The notes beneath the pieces are model-generated. The model searched no databases. It was not told where the DNA came from and worked only from the letters and a program-made list of their open reading frames with translations. A program made the position numbers and the translations under genes. A stretch of 64,000 nt of DNA from Bdellovibrio sp. (GTDB lineage Bacteria; Bdellovibrionota; Bdellovibrionia; Bdellovibrionales; Bdellovibrionaceae): contig JAKFCY010000002.1 in the NCBI GenBank assembly GCA_036676395.1, positions 2,208,001 to 2,272,000 on the forward strand, written 5' to 3'. This document shows, in pieces, positions 1 through 9,512 of the stretch. Within the stretch, counting starts at the first letter, position 1. Every line of letters begins with the position of its first letter.

Positions 1-457
1 GATTTAATCTATAAAGATCGAACTTTTGTTTAAATAAACCCATCGAGCTCAGCGAAAACAACAACGGATAAATTAACAGCACCGGAAATTTATTTTGCTG
101 GGCTAAATATAATAAAATCACTTCACCATGAATCACAGCCAGCGAACTTACCGACAACGTCGATACAAAAAAAAGTCTGATAAATACCGAAGCTTCAAAG
201 GCACGTTCTGGATTTGGAAATAGCAGCACCATCAACAGATAAATTGCCGTAAAGGCTAACGTGTAGAGTGAAATCTTAGCTAGCTGCAACAGCGAAAGCC
301 CCAAATATAAAAAATAAGCGATCGCTCCTACAAATAGTCCACTCATTACCATGGGCTGACTAAAAATAAACAAACTTACTAAAACTAAAAATAAAATTAG
401 TGCGCTTACCGCCGAATGTACTTTTTCTGGATAAATCAGACGATAATCAAGCTTCAT
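1..457 (-). CDS. ECF transporter transmembrane (T) component, YkoC-like; runs off the window start
   Basis: Read manually (not in ORF track): ATG at 457 overlaps the ATPase end; open hydrophobic frame MKLDYRLIYPEKVHSAVSALILFLVLVSLFIF...; third gene after ECF S and ATPase genes. Confidence 0.7.
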   Translation of the reverse strand, partial: MKLDYRLIYPEKVHSAVSALILFLVLVSLFIFSQPMVMSGLFVGAIAYFLYLGLSLLQLAKISLYTLAFTAIYLLMVLLFPNPERAFEASVFIRLFFVSTLSVSSLAVIHGEVILLYLAQQNKFPVLLIYPLLFSLSSMGLFKQKFDLYRLN

Positions 458-1739
458 AAAGCTTCCCGTCTTTTAAAGTGAATACACGATCAGCGATGGC
501 GCTAATAAAGGCGTCATCATGGCTTACTACAATCTGCAAAATATTTTTTTCGCGAAACTTTAACAAACTCTCAGCCACTGAAAATTTATTCTTTTCATCT
601 AAGCCAAACGTAGGCTCGTCATAAAGTATAACTTTTTTATTCGGATTTAAATGCACTAATAGCGAAAGGCGTCTTTTTTCGCCTTCAGATAATGAAAATG
701 GCGACACATTTAAATTTTTATCCTGAAAAAATATATTTACTAAATCTTTATCAGTTTCCTGTAATTCCTCTTTGGCCGTATCACAAATAAAATTATCTTC
801 AGGATTTTGCATCACATAACCGACGTGAGTGGCTTTTAATGTGCCCACTATTAATTTTAATAACGTACTTTTTCCAGAGCCGTTCTCACCTGTGATGGCA
901 ATGATTTCAGGAGCCTTAACCGATAAAGAAATATCACTTAGTATAGGCTCATTTTTTTTATACGCAAAACTCACCTGATTTAAATTGATTTGATAACCCT
1001 CAGAAATAATCGAACCTGGATAACTTTGTTTAAGTTTTGAAAAATCGAGTGCATCGATGGTAAATCGATCTTGATGCGAAATCCTACCCTGCTGATCAAC
1101 AACTATAAAACTATCCACAAGAGGCTTAACCTCATTAATATGATGATCCACCAACAAAACTAAATACTTTTCTTTCAGCTCAGCAAGCATGACGTAAAAC
1201 AATTCTCGCGCTGGCTTATCCATAAAAGCCGTGGGCTCATCTAGCAGCAACACTTTGGGATTTGTTACAAGCAATGAGCCTAGTAACAACCGCTGCGCCT
1301 GCCCCAGAGACAACTCCGAAGTCTTTTTGTTCCACATCTTAGAAAGCCCGAAAGTGTGTTCGATCGAAGTTTTATGTTGCACAAATTGTTCATAAGAAAT
1401 TTTCTGACTTTCAGCGGTGAAGCAAAATTCCAACTGCGAATTTTGATAAATTATCTGATGAAAGGGATTTTGAAATAGATAAACTATTTCATTTTGTTTT
1501 TTATGAACAAAATATTTATCCACTATTTCATTGTTATACTGAATCTGACCAGTAAACTTACCTGGTGTATAATGCGGGCACAAACCTTTAATTAAACTCA
1601 GCAACGTGCTCTTACCTGAACCCGAAGGACCCGTCAGCAAATGCAATCCCTTTTCAGGCAATGCCAAAGGTGTGGCCAAAGCAAGCGTTGCCTCAACCGC
1701 ACCTGGATAGAAAAATTCAAAAGGCGAAATATTTAACAC
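447..1739 (-). CDS. ECF transporter ATPase with two ABC domains (YkoD-like)
   Basis: Two Walker A motifs (GPSGSGKST, GENGSGKST), signatures LSLGQ/LSEGE, LLLDEPT and ILYDEPT, FQNP/MQNP Q-loops. Confidence 0.88.
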   Translation of the reverse strand: MLNISPFEFFYPGAVEATLALATPLALPEKGLHLLTGPSGSGKSTLLSLIKGLCPHYTPGKFTGQIQYNNEIVDKYFVHKKQNEIVYLFQNPFHQIIYQNSQLEFCFTAESQKISYEQFVQHKTSIEHTFGLSKMWNKKTSELSLGQAQRLLLGSLLVTNPKVLLLDEPTAFMDKPARELFYVMLAELKEKYLVLLVDHHINEVKPLVDSFIVVDQQGRISHQDRFTIDALDFSKLKQSYPGSIISEGYQINLNQVSFAYKKNEPILSDISLSVKAPEIIAITGENGSGKSTLLKLIVGTLKATHVGYVMQNPEDNFICDTAKEELQETDKDLVNIFFQDKNLNVSPFSLSEGEKRRLSLLVHLNPNKKVILYDEPTFGLDEKNKFSVAESLLKFREKNILQIVVSHDDAFISAIADRVFTLKDGKLYEA

Positions 1740-2353
1740 TAAACTGACTGAGTTAAAAAGCGATTTAATAAATTAAGTTTTTTTAACCGCTCAACTAGAA
1801 TACAACTTAAAACACCTGCTAACATCGCCGACGACACCACAAAAGATAAATACTGTGTTAACTGTAATTGAGTCGCCATTTGGCTATAACCATAATAGAA
1901 AAAATCTAAAATAAAACTAGCAGTGGCAGACATCATCGCAGCAATAACGGCTATGGTTAAATTCCATTTGCGGTAACCCGTGGCCGCAAAAACCATTTCA
2001 GCACCCAAACCCTGAACCAATCCCCACACTAAAGCCATCGCGCCCCAGTGAGTAATTACGCCTTCTACTCCGGCTGCAATCACTGAGGCAATAATCGCTA
2101 CAAACGGCCGGCGCACGATCATCGGTGTAAACACTGAAGCAAAAATCCAAAATCCCGCAGCTAAATAATTTAAGCCAACTAGTTTTAGCGCAGGTTTTGT
2201 GATTTCATAAGCGAAAGTCCACCCCCAGAAAGCCACACCTAAGGCCACGGATGAAACGCAAATAAAAACCATCTCAAAGATCGTGTAGTTTTTTAAAAGT
2301 TGTTGGATTGTTGATTGGGTGCGCGTATCACGCACGTGTGACGTCGTAGTCAT
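1739..2353 (-). CDS. ECF transporter substrate-binding (S) component, YkoE-like thiamine/HMP family
   Basis: About 6 TM helices, GLVQGLGAE motif; directly downstream of a TPP riboswitch; start moved to ATG 2353 because the longer frame begins inside the riboswitch. Confidence 0.85.
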   Translation of the reverse strand: MTTTSHVRDTRTQSTIQQLLKNYTIFEMVFICVSSVALGVAFWGWTFAYEITKPALKLVGLNYLAAGFWIFASVFTPMIVRRPFVAIIASVIAAGVEGVITHWGAMALVWGLVQGLGAEMVFAATGYRKWNLTIAVIAAMMSATASFILDFFYYGYSQMATQLQLTQYLSFVVSSAMLAGVLSCILVERLKKLNLLNRFLTQSV

Positions 2354-2358
2354 TGTAT

Positions 2359-2442
2359 CTTCCCTTCGCAAGCATTATCTTGACAGGTTCATAGGGTGTA
2401 TTCTCAGGCGGCAAAAGAAATTATTTGCAACCACCCCTAGTA
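2359..2442 (-). ncRNA. TPP (thi-box) riboswitch
   Basis: Minus strand reads CTAGGGGTG...CTGAGAATACACCCTATGAACCTGTCAAGATAATGCTTGCGAAGGGAAG, carrying the CTGAGA, ACCC, GAACCTG, GATAATGC and AGGGA signatures; upstream of a YkoE-like gene. Confidence 0.93.
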
Positions 2443-2507
2443 TTTTTGATACAGTTAACAGAAGTTATTCTTAGACACAAGACGTTTTTTAATAAAGGAT
2501 TAACCCC

Positions 2508-3110
2508 ATGCCCAAAGCTATTATCGTAGGCCCATGTAGCGAACCGAAAAATCGTAAACTAAGCTATGATCGCGACACCTTGATAATCTTTGTTGATGGT
2601 GGCCTTAAATACCGCAAATCACAGTTTAAAAAAGCTCTTCACTGGATGAGCATCGGGGATCAAGATTCGGGACAGCATAGCCCCAAGATAAAACTTAAAA
2701 AAAATAAAAATGAATCTGATCTTTATCACGCCTTAAAACTTTTACCGAAAAACATTCACTGGGTTGAAACTTACGGGCTATTTCCAAAAATTAAAGATGA
2801 AAAACGACTGGATCACCGACTTTTTAATTTAGGTGAAATCTACCGCGCAAGCCAAAAAACCGGTTTAACATTTGTGTTAAATGATTTTGAAATCCTGTTA
2901 GCTGCCGGAGACCATGAACTTGATTTTTCAGGAGAGTTTTCTTTAGTCACTTTTGTAAAAACAAAAATTAAACTTACCGGCAAAGTGAAATACCCGCTTA
3001 GAACACCAACTACGATTGACCTCTTATCTTCACGCACATTATCAAATGTGGGCTCAGGCGTAATAAAAGTAAAATGTGAACATCCAGTTCTACTTTGCAA
3101 TATTGACTAA
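2508..3110 (+). CDS. thiN: Thiamine pyrophosphokinase
   Basis: VDGG, IGDQDS, KNESDL, RLDH and C-terminal TLSN motifs; divergent from the thiamine transporter. Confidence 0.8.
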   Translation: MPKAIIVGPCSEPKNRKLSYDRDTLIIFVDGGLKYRKSQFKKALHWMSIGDQDSGQHSPKIKLKKNKNESDLYHALKLLPKNIHWVETYGLFPKIKDEKRLDHRLFNLGEIYRASQKTGLTFVLNDFEILLAAGDHELDFSGEFSLVTFVKTKIKLTGKVKYPLRTPTTIDLLSSRTLSNVGSGVIKVKCEHPVLLCNID

Positions 3111-3136
3111 CTTTGTAATTCGGCTAGGCTAAAAGT

Positions 3137-3463
3137 ATGAAAAAATTAATCCTAGCAACTTTTTTATTATTAGTTACGCAAACTGCATCATCGACAACTC
3201 TAACTTGCGTTGAAAAAATGGCCAACGCCATTACGCAAAAAATAACTGTCGATTTAGATCTTGGCCAACGGGTTTCATTATTTTCTGGCGATGGCAATTC
3301 AAGCTACATCACAGAAAAAAAATCTGGTTTTTTCTCGATGGAGCTTTTCATGGGAAACCGCGAACAGCGTCTTTATTCTGAAGGCCCGATCAGCGAGGCT
3401 ACTCCATTAATTCTTGCAATCTGGACACGCGATGAATTAATCGAAATCGAATGTTCTAAATAA
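3137..3463 (+). CDS. Hypothetical exported protein
   Basis: Signal peptide MKKLILATFLLLVTQTA; two Cys; no family recognised. Confidence 0.65.
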   Translation: MKKLILATFLLLVTQTASSTTLTCVEKMANAITQKITVDLDLGQRVSLFSGDGNSSYITEKKSGFFSMELFMGNREQRLYSEGPISEATPLILAIWTRDELIEIECSK

Positions 3464-4020
3464 GCTTCGCTAATGACATCATAAGCTGTTTTTAAATATA
3501 AAGCAGCGATAGCAAACCCGATGATCACATCGGGCATTCCTGATCCTGTTAAAGCCACTAAACCGGCAGAGATTAACACGCCGATATTTGCAAAAATATC
3601 GTTGCGTGAACACAACCAGGTCGAACGCATGTTGATATCGGTTTCACGGTATTTAAATAAAAACAGCATGCAAATCGCATTGGCGAACAAAGCCATAAGC
3701 CCAATACCTGTCACTGTTAATGAAAATGGAACTGTTCCAGAGATTGCGCGATACACGGCTTGGCCTAAAACAAAAAAACCAAACATTGCCATCACTAAAC
3801 CTTTAAAAAAACCGGCACGCACATTCCACAAAGGCCCTTGAGTCAGCGCATACCAACTGATCCCGTAGATTGCGGCATCGCCCAATAAATCTAATGAATC
3901 GGCCATTAGCGCCGTTGATTTAGAATAATAACCACAGATAAATTCGATAAAAAAAACCGAATAATTGATCCACATCACTTGTTTAAGAATTTTTGCGGTT
4001 TCATATTTAGCTGCTTGCAT
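3373..4020 (-). CDS. Cation diffusion facilitator (CDF) family metal transporter, short form
   Basis: STALMADSLDLLGD and WLCSRND motifs, multiple TM helices. Confidence 0.85.
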   Translation of the reverse strand: MQAAKYETAKILKQVMWINYSVFFIEFICGYYSKSTALMADSLDLLGDAAIYGISWYALTQGPLWNVRAGFFKGLVMAMFGFFVLGQAVYRAISGTVPFSLTVTGIGLMALFANAICMLFLFKYRETDINMRSTWLCSRNDIFANIGVLISAGLVALTGSGMPDVIIGFAIAALYLKTAYDVISEAYLEHSISINSSRVQIARINGVASLIGPSE

Positions 4021-4116
4021 AGCGAGTAAAACCCTATGTCACAAGCAAAAGTAAAGTCATGATTGGAATAATATTTCCAGCCAATTGAAAACTAGGTGCA
4101 AGCCAAATGTTCACCT

Positions 4117-4157
4117 AAAAAAACACCGATAGTCCAAGGCCCCTCATGACTATCGGT
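4117..4157 (-). terminator. Intrinsic terminator after the CsbD-family gene
   Basis: Stem ACCGATAGTC/GACTATCGGT followed by GTTTTTTT on the minus strand. Confidence 0.7.
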
Positions 4158-4178
4158 ATCATTAAGTTTAAACAATTC

Positions 4179-4439
4179 TTAATTCAAGCGATCACGCTCA
4201 TTGGATTCACGTAATTTATCTTTAGCGTCTTCAGCCGTGTTTTCAAACTTACTGTAAACTCTATTTAATCTTTCTGAAGCTTGCTCTTTAGTTAAACCGA
4301 ATTTTTGCTGGATCAATCCAGAGATGGATTCCATGTTACCTTTTGTTTGTTCGATTTCATCATCTGTTAAATTACCCCAGGCTTTTCTGATTTCGCCTTT
4401 AATTTCTTTCCATTTTCCGGCTATTTGAGATTGGTTCAT
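4179..4439 (-). CDS. CsbD/YjbJ family stress protein
   Basis: MNQSQIAGKWKEIKGEIRKAWGNLTDDE is the typical CsbD pattern; GAGGAG RBS. Confidence 0.9.
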   Translation of the reverse strand: MNQSQIAGKWKEIKGEIRKAWGNLTDDEIEQTKGNMESISGLIQQKFGLTKEQASERLNRVYSKFENTAEDAKDKLRESNERDRLN

Positions 4440-4457
4440 AAAATACTCCTCTTGTTG

Positions 4458-5063
4458 TTAAAAACTTATCGGAAAACTTACACTGGCCACTAAGCCAGAT
4501 TCAGTTAACTCGATACTGTCTTGTGCATTTACATTGTTAAAAGGTCCTACCTGCTCTAATTCGGTCGATTTGTATTTCACATCTTGATATTCAATATTCA
4601 CACTAAACATCGCCACGTGAATACCGGCCCCGAGCCGATAACCTTGGGCTTTGGTAAACTTTAAATCTACGCTTTGATCTTCTTTAGGATCTAGATTTCC
4701 GTCGACAATATATGATCCCCACAGACGCAAACCCGCAATCGGCATTTGTAAGCCCAACACCACACCGTAATTTTGGGCTTTTGCGTCAGCTTCAAAGTTA
4801 CTGTCTTGATATTTCGGCTGAGAATATCGCAGATCGGCTGCCAGAAAAACTGTGTCTAACACATGCCCTCCGGCGCGAAGCCCCAAGCCCGTGCCTTTAA
4901 TCTCGCCTGATGAATCACTTAAAAAAGTATTCGGATATTCGATATCTGCTTTCATATTTTGATAAGTAATCATCGGTTCAAGAAAAAATCCACTTTGGGC
5001 ATGTATTGTCGGAGTTAAAAAAAATCCTCCTAAAAAAATCATAAATGTTAAAAAATGTTTCAT
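4458..5063 (-). CDS. Outer-membrane beta-barrel protein
   Basis: Signal peptide, amphipathic beta strands, C-terminal Phe. Confidence 0.75.
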   Translation of the reverse strand: MKHFLTFMIFLGGFFLTPTIHAQSGFFLEPMITYQNMKADIEYPNTFLSDSSGEIKGTGLGLRAGGHVLDTVFLAADLRYSQPKYQDSNFEADAKAQNYGVVLGLQMPIAGLRLWGSYIVDGNLDPKEDQSVDLKFTKAQGYRLGAGIHVAMFSVNIEYQDVKYKSTELEQVGPFNNVNAQDSIELTESGLVASVSFPISF

Positions 5064-5097
5064 ATAAACCTCGATGAATAATTCTGTTTATGACAAA

Positions 5098-5113
5098 AGC
5101 AACCATCACGCCA
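5098..5113 (-). promoter_or_regulatory. Sigma-54 (-24/-12) promoter for the beta-barrel/CsbD operon
   Basis: TGGCGTGATGGTTGCT: GG-N10-GC with TTGC, about 35 nt upstream of the ATG. Confidence 0.7.
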
Positions 5114-5187
5114 TAATGATAAAGCTTTAAAGCGCTATAGAATAATTTGAAATTTAAGTTTTGGGGTATATTAGAACGTAAACAAGG

Positions 5188-5907
5188 TTAAGCTTTTGAA
5201 CGTTTGGCTTTGATCTTTTTTAATTCGTCATAGATCTCGGTGTAGTTTTTTATCACCTTGTGATAGTAAGGATGCGCTGATACATCTTCTGCCGGTGTGC
5301 GCGCTAGCTTTCCAATTCCCATATTATAGGCGTTCACATAACGATTTGATTTTGAGTTTAAAGTCTTTTTTAAATATTTAAAATACAGCGCGCTGATTTT
5401 TACGTTATATTCAGGGTTTTTTAAAGCTTGCGCACCTTTCCATTTAACGCCTTTTTTCTTACAAATCCATGCAGCGGTATCTGGTTTAATTTGCATCAGA
5501 CCAATCTCGCCGGCAGTGCCAATGGCTTTTTCGTTAAACTGACTTTCGGTTTTAATCACGGCCATTAAAAAAATAGGATCATATTCGTATTGTTTACTTT
5601 CAGCGATCACGGCTTTTATAAAACGATCAGAACTTAATTTCGGGTTAGCGGCTTGCAGATAGGATTTCATATACACGGCAAATTCTTTATCGCCAGAAAA
5701 CTCTTTAAAGTTAGCTGCATTGTATTTTGATTTTAATAATTCTTTAGCATGCTTTTCGCGAATTTTTTCTGAGATCTGCATATCTGGATCTATAGCCTTG
5801 TGGTTACAGCTCACAGAAAAGTTAGAACAGTAAATAACTAAAAGTAAAGAAAGTAATTTCTTTGAGTTTCTTAAAATAAAGCAATGCCTGATTTTTGTAA
5901 AATCCAT
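5188..5907 (-). CDS. Lytic transglycosylase (SLT domain)
   Basis: IKTESQFN catalytic Glu motif, GEIGLMQI, AYNMG. Confidence 0.9.
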   Translation of the reverse strand: MDFTKIRHCFILRNSKKLLSLLLVIYCSNFSVSCNHKAIDPDMQISEKIREKHAKELLKSKYNAANFKEFSGDKEFAVYMKSYLQAANPKLSSDRFIKAVIAESKQYEYDPIFLMAVIKTESQFNEKAIGTAGEIGLMQIKPDTAAWICKKKGVKWKGAQALKNPEYNVKISALYFKYLKKTLNSKSNRYVNAYNMGIGKLARTPAEDVSAHPYYHKVIKNYTEIYDELKKIKAKRSKA

Positions 5908-6017
5908 AGTAGAAATAGGTTCAATTTGAAGACCAAAACACCCCTCTTTGTAACCTGTGGTAATGACAGGGTTCTTAGAATGAGATTTCTATATTGCAGC
6001 TGAAAAAGCCTACGTAA

Positions 6018-6049
6018 TATCAGTGTCTAAAAGTTTTTAGACACTGATA
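6018..6049. repeat. 32-bp inverted repeat (15-bp arms, 2-nt spacer) in a divergent intergenic region
   Basis: TATCAGTGTCTAAAA-GT-TTTTAGACACTGATA. Confidence 0.85.
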
Positions 6050-6215
6050 AAAAGTTCGTCATTCACAGTGAAACGAATAATTTTTCGTCAAGAATTTGTG
6101 TATTTTTTGAAAGTTAGAACTGCGCTTCAAAATAGAGCGACCGGGGCACATTGCCCAGCAACACCTATGCCCCAATTTTGCATCTCATAAATACTCTAGT
6201 GTAAGGGAGGCTTTT

Positions 6216-6425
6216 ATGCGCCATTCATCAACCTACGGCAATCTTCGAAAAGAACGCAAATTCGCGCGCCAATTGTATTTCGGGATTGTGTTAACCGTAC
6301 TTGCGGCGATGGTCTTAGTGTATGTCGTAAGCCAAATGAAAGCGCTCTATCCTTACTTACCCGGCACAACTCCAGCCAACGTAGAAGAAACCCAACCAGC
6401 TCGACCAATGGAACCTACTCAATAA
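6216..6425 (+). CDS. Small hypothetical single-pass membrane protein
   Basis: GGGAGG RBS, one TM helix, ends 11 nt before the S8 protease. Confidence 0.6.
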   Translation: MRHSSTYGNLRKERKFARQLYFGIVLTVLAAMVLVYVVSQMKALYPYLPGTTPANVEETQPARPMEPTQ

Positions 6426-6436
6426 GCGGAGCCAAT

Positions 6437-8113
6437 ATGCACAAATTAGTTTTTATGTTCATGGTGACCTGCCTAATCACCGCCTGCAGCAAAGAAGAAA
6501 CACCCCAGCCAAAGCCCAGCGATTTAGACCCGCGCGGCGTCTTGCGCCCGTTAGACAACGAAACTGATCCCAATAAAATTGAAAACTGGTTCACGAAAGG
6601 CCCCAAAGATAACGTTGAAGGTGTTGATATTGAACGCGCTTTAAAAAATTTAAATTTAAATGCAAAAGCTAAGCAAATTCTTGTCGCGGTAATTGATGGA
6701 GGTTTTGATTTAAATCATCCCGATCTGCAAGGCCGCATGTGGGTCAATGAAAAAGAAGCCCAAGGCCTTGCTGGCGTTGACGACGATCAAAATGGTTACA
6801 TCGATGATCTCAATGGCTGGAATTTTTTAGGCGGCCACGATGAACACGGCCGCGCCGTGCATGTGAATCACGAACGCTTAGAAAGCACACGCGAATTAGT
6901 GCGCCTTAAAAGATTGAAAGCAAATCTTATTATAACAGGCGCTCTGCTTTCAAAATTTGACCAGGCTTATTACGAAAAATTAAATTATGAAGTCACTGGC
7001 GATCGCACCGTTATGCGCATCCAGCTTAAATACACCCAAGCTGCCATTGACCGTTTATTAGAATATTACAATAAAATTGGGGCGCGCATTAATATTCCTT
7101 TCGAACATTTAACTTTAGAAGCCGTCGAAGCCTTCAAAGCGGCCGACGAATCTGAACAGCAGGCCAAAGAAGAACTCCTCATCGAATTTAATTCTTCATT
7201 TGCAAAATCTGTAGAACGTCTGCAAACCCGCGTAAATACATTTAAGGTCGCGCTTGAAACAGCTTTAAATGAAAGTTTTGACCCGCGCGCACAAATTATC
7301 AAGGATGACCCAAATGATTTCACCAATGGCAATTATGGCAATAACGATGTTATCGGCCCCGATGCACTCCATGGCACGCATGTGGCCGGAATTATCGGCG
7401 CCCTTCGCAATAATGGCCAAGGTATTAACGGCGTTTCGCCGTACGCAAAAATTATGGCCTTACGAGCCATACCAAATGGTGATGAGTACGATAAAGATAT
7501 TTATTTCGCGGTCAAATATGCCGTCGATAACGGCGCAAAAATTATTAACATGAGCTTTGGCAAAAGATATTCTCCACATAAATCAAAACTAGATGAAATT
7601 TTTAAATACGCCGCCGACCGTGACGTAATTTTAGTTCACGCCTCGGGAAATTTTGCACACAACAACGATAAAGGACAACATTTTCCGAACCGTTATTTTG
7701 CAAGCCCTCATAGTGAAGCTGAAATAAAAAATTGGATCGAAGTCGGAGCATCTTCAAAATACAATACCCAGGCCTTAGTCGCCACTTTTTCAAATTACGG
7801 AAAAAAAAGCGTCGATATTTTCGCACCAGGAAATGAAATCACATCGACTTCACCGAATAACACTTATTCAATTTTAAGCGGCACGAGCATGGCTGCCCCC
7901 ATGGTGAGCGGAGTTTTATCAGTGCTCTGGGCCCAAAATCCACGCCTTTCGGCGCATGAAGTTCGTCAAATTTTATTACGCAATGGTCGCCATAAAAGTT
8001 CATTGCAAGTGCTAAAACCTGGATTTGGAGAATTAGTTAACTTAGATCAACTTTGCCGAACAGGATCAGTTGTCGATAATTATAAAGCTTTAGTAAAGAT
8101 TTTAAGCTTATAG
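6437..8113 (+). CDS. S8 (subtilisin-like) serine protease, lipoprotein
   Basis: Lipobox ITAC; triad motifs VAVIDGG, HGTHVAG, GTSMAAP; helical insertion between Asp and His. Confidence 0.93.
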   Translation: MHKLVFMFMVTCLITACSKEETPQPKPSDLDPRGVLRPLDNETDPNKIENWFTKGPKDNVEGVDIERALKNLNLNAKAKQILVAVIDGGFDLNHPDLQGRMWVNEKEAQGLAGVDDDQNGYIDDLNGWNFLGGHDEHGRAVHVNHERLESTRELVRLKRLKANLIITGALLSKFDQAYYEKLNYEVTGDRTVMRIQLKYTQAAIDRLLEYYNKIGARINIPFEHLTLEAVEAFKAADESEQQAKEELLIEFNSSFAKSVERLQTRVNTFKVALETALNESFDPRAQIIKDDPNDFTNGNYGNNDVIGPDALHGTHVAGIIGALRNNGQGINGVSPYAKIMALRAIPNGDEYDKDIYFAVKYAVDNGAKIINMSFGKRYSPHKSKLDEIFKYAADRDVILVHASGNFAHNNDKGQHFPNRYFASPHSEAEIKNWIEVGASSKYNTQALVATFSNYGKKSVDIFAPGNEITSTSPNNTYSILSGTSMAAPMVSGVLSVLWAQNPRLSAHEVRQILLRNGRHKSSLQVLKPGFGELVNLDQLCRTGSVVDNYKALVKILSL

Positions 8114-8983
8114 CTAAGCTTGCAATAGATCAGACAAAATCTGATCTCGACAATTTAACAAAATTGAATAATGGCCTTCAGCTTCAAAGTAATTTAAAGT
8201 CGCTTGCGGTAAATAGCCTTGCATATCTTGCGCAAAACGCAAGTGCACCACATCATCAACTCCGCCATGCCATAAAGTAACCGGGCAAGTGACTTCGTGA
8301 ATCGGAAATCCCCAGTTTTTAGCTAAAATTTTAATATCATGTAACACACCTGCTGGCCCTTGTTTTAAAGCCATGTGCGTAGATTCTAATAATACGGGCT
8401 GAATTTCAGGATCCATAAATACTTTACGATCGGGCTCAGAAAAATCGGCAGTAAATAGCGTCTCATCTAATTTATCTAAGCCCTGGGCCCACACACGATT
8501 CATACCAAAGTGCAATACACGATCTGGAATAAACTGCTGTGCAAACCAAGTTTTCTTTTGCACACGATTCATGTACTTAAAATTTTTGAAAGTTAACGGA
8601 GCTATCCCACCTACCGAAGTCAGTTTTAAAACCTGCTCTTTCATTACGTAAGCTAAAGCTAAAGCATAGGGTGCACCACCGCTGACTGAAATGATTGAAA
8701 ATTTATCAATATTTTGTTCTTGAAAAAGGTTTCTGATTTGGCTGGCAAATTTTAAAAACGTTAAGTTTTTTTGCACTGTTGATTCACCGTAGCCGGGACG
8801 ATCTACAGCAATAAGGCGAAAGGATTTCCATAATGGAGACGTTGAAACAAGTTTGCCATGTTCGGAACAGCCGGGAAACCCATGCACTAAAAAAAGTACG
8901 GGCTTATCCAGTGCGCCCCATTCTTTAACAAGCATTTCATAACCAGGCTCACCGAAAAAATAACTGCGATCACATTGTCTCAT
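8114..8983 (-). CDS. Alpha/beta fold hydrolase
   Basis: HGFPG, DRPGYG, SVSGG nucleophile elbow, EGH; real start may be downstream of 8983. Confidence 0.85.
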   Translation of the reverse strand: MRQCDRSYFFGEPGYEMLVKEWGALDKPVLFLVHGFPGCSEHGKLVSTSPLWKSFRLIAVDRPGYGESTVQKNLTFLKFASQIRNLFQEQNIDKFSIISVSGGAPYALALAYVMKEQVLKLTSVGGIAPLTFKNFKYMNRVQKKTWFAQQFIPDRVLHFGMNRVWAQGLDKLDETLFTADFSEPDRKVFMDPEIQPVLLESTHMALKQGPAGVLHDIKILAKNWGFPIHEVTCPVTLWHGGVDDVVHLRFAQDMQGYLPQATLNYFEAEGHYSILLNCRDQILSDLLQA

Positions 8984-9037
8984 AGAAGGGCTATCTTAGC
9001 TTCGAAACCAGATAGCCGTCTACGGCAATCTTAAATA

Positions 9038-9496
9038 TTACTGGCAATCGTCAATATGACGCTTCGGTAGTTCGATTGAACGATCATGAATGAATTTAAA
9101 TCCACGTACAGTTGTTGCAACGGTCTCAACTAAGTAAACAGCGCACGTGTTATCAGTCGTATTCGGGTAAAGCAGTTTCTTTTGCACGATTTCAAAATCA
9201 TGAATTTCTTTTGCTGGATTACCTTTAACGACATCTTCAACAGCAAAAGTCTCGTAAGTAGCTAAGCATGGCGCACTTTCGCCTTCGTTGCGGTGGTTTA
9301 ACATAGTTTCTTTAGCTAAACCTGGAACCAAAATCTTAACAAAAAATGTATCGCCGTAACCTAAGTTACTAGAGCGGATGCCCGTTGTTGAAAGATCAAC
9401 TTCTAGCTGAACCGTTTTTTTAGAGATGATTGTCTCGCCTTGTGCGTAAACTGTTGTTGCAGCTGATAAAACCGCAGCTAAAATAAATTTTTTCAT
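9038..9496 (-). CDS. Hypothetical exported protein
   Basis: Signal peptide, AGGAG RBS, downstream of the dioxygenase. Confidence 0.7.
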   Translation of the reverse strand: MKKFILAAVLSAATTVYAQGETIISKKTVQLEVDLSTTGIRSSNLGYGDTFFVKILVPGLAKETMLNHRNEGESAPCLATYETFAVEDVVKGNPAKEIHDFEIVQKKLLYPNTTDNTCAVYLVETVATTVRGFKFIHDRSIELPKRHIDDCQ

Positions 9497-9512
9497 ATAA
9501 AACTCCTTTTTT

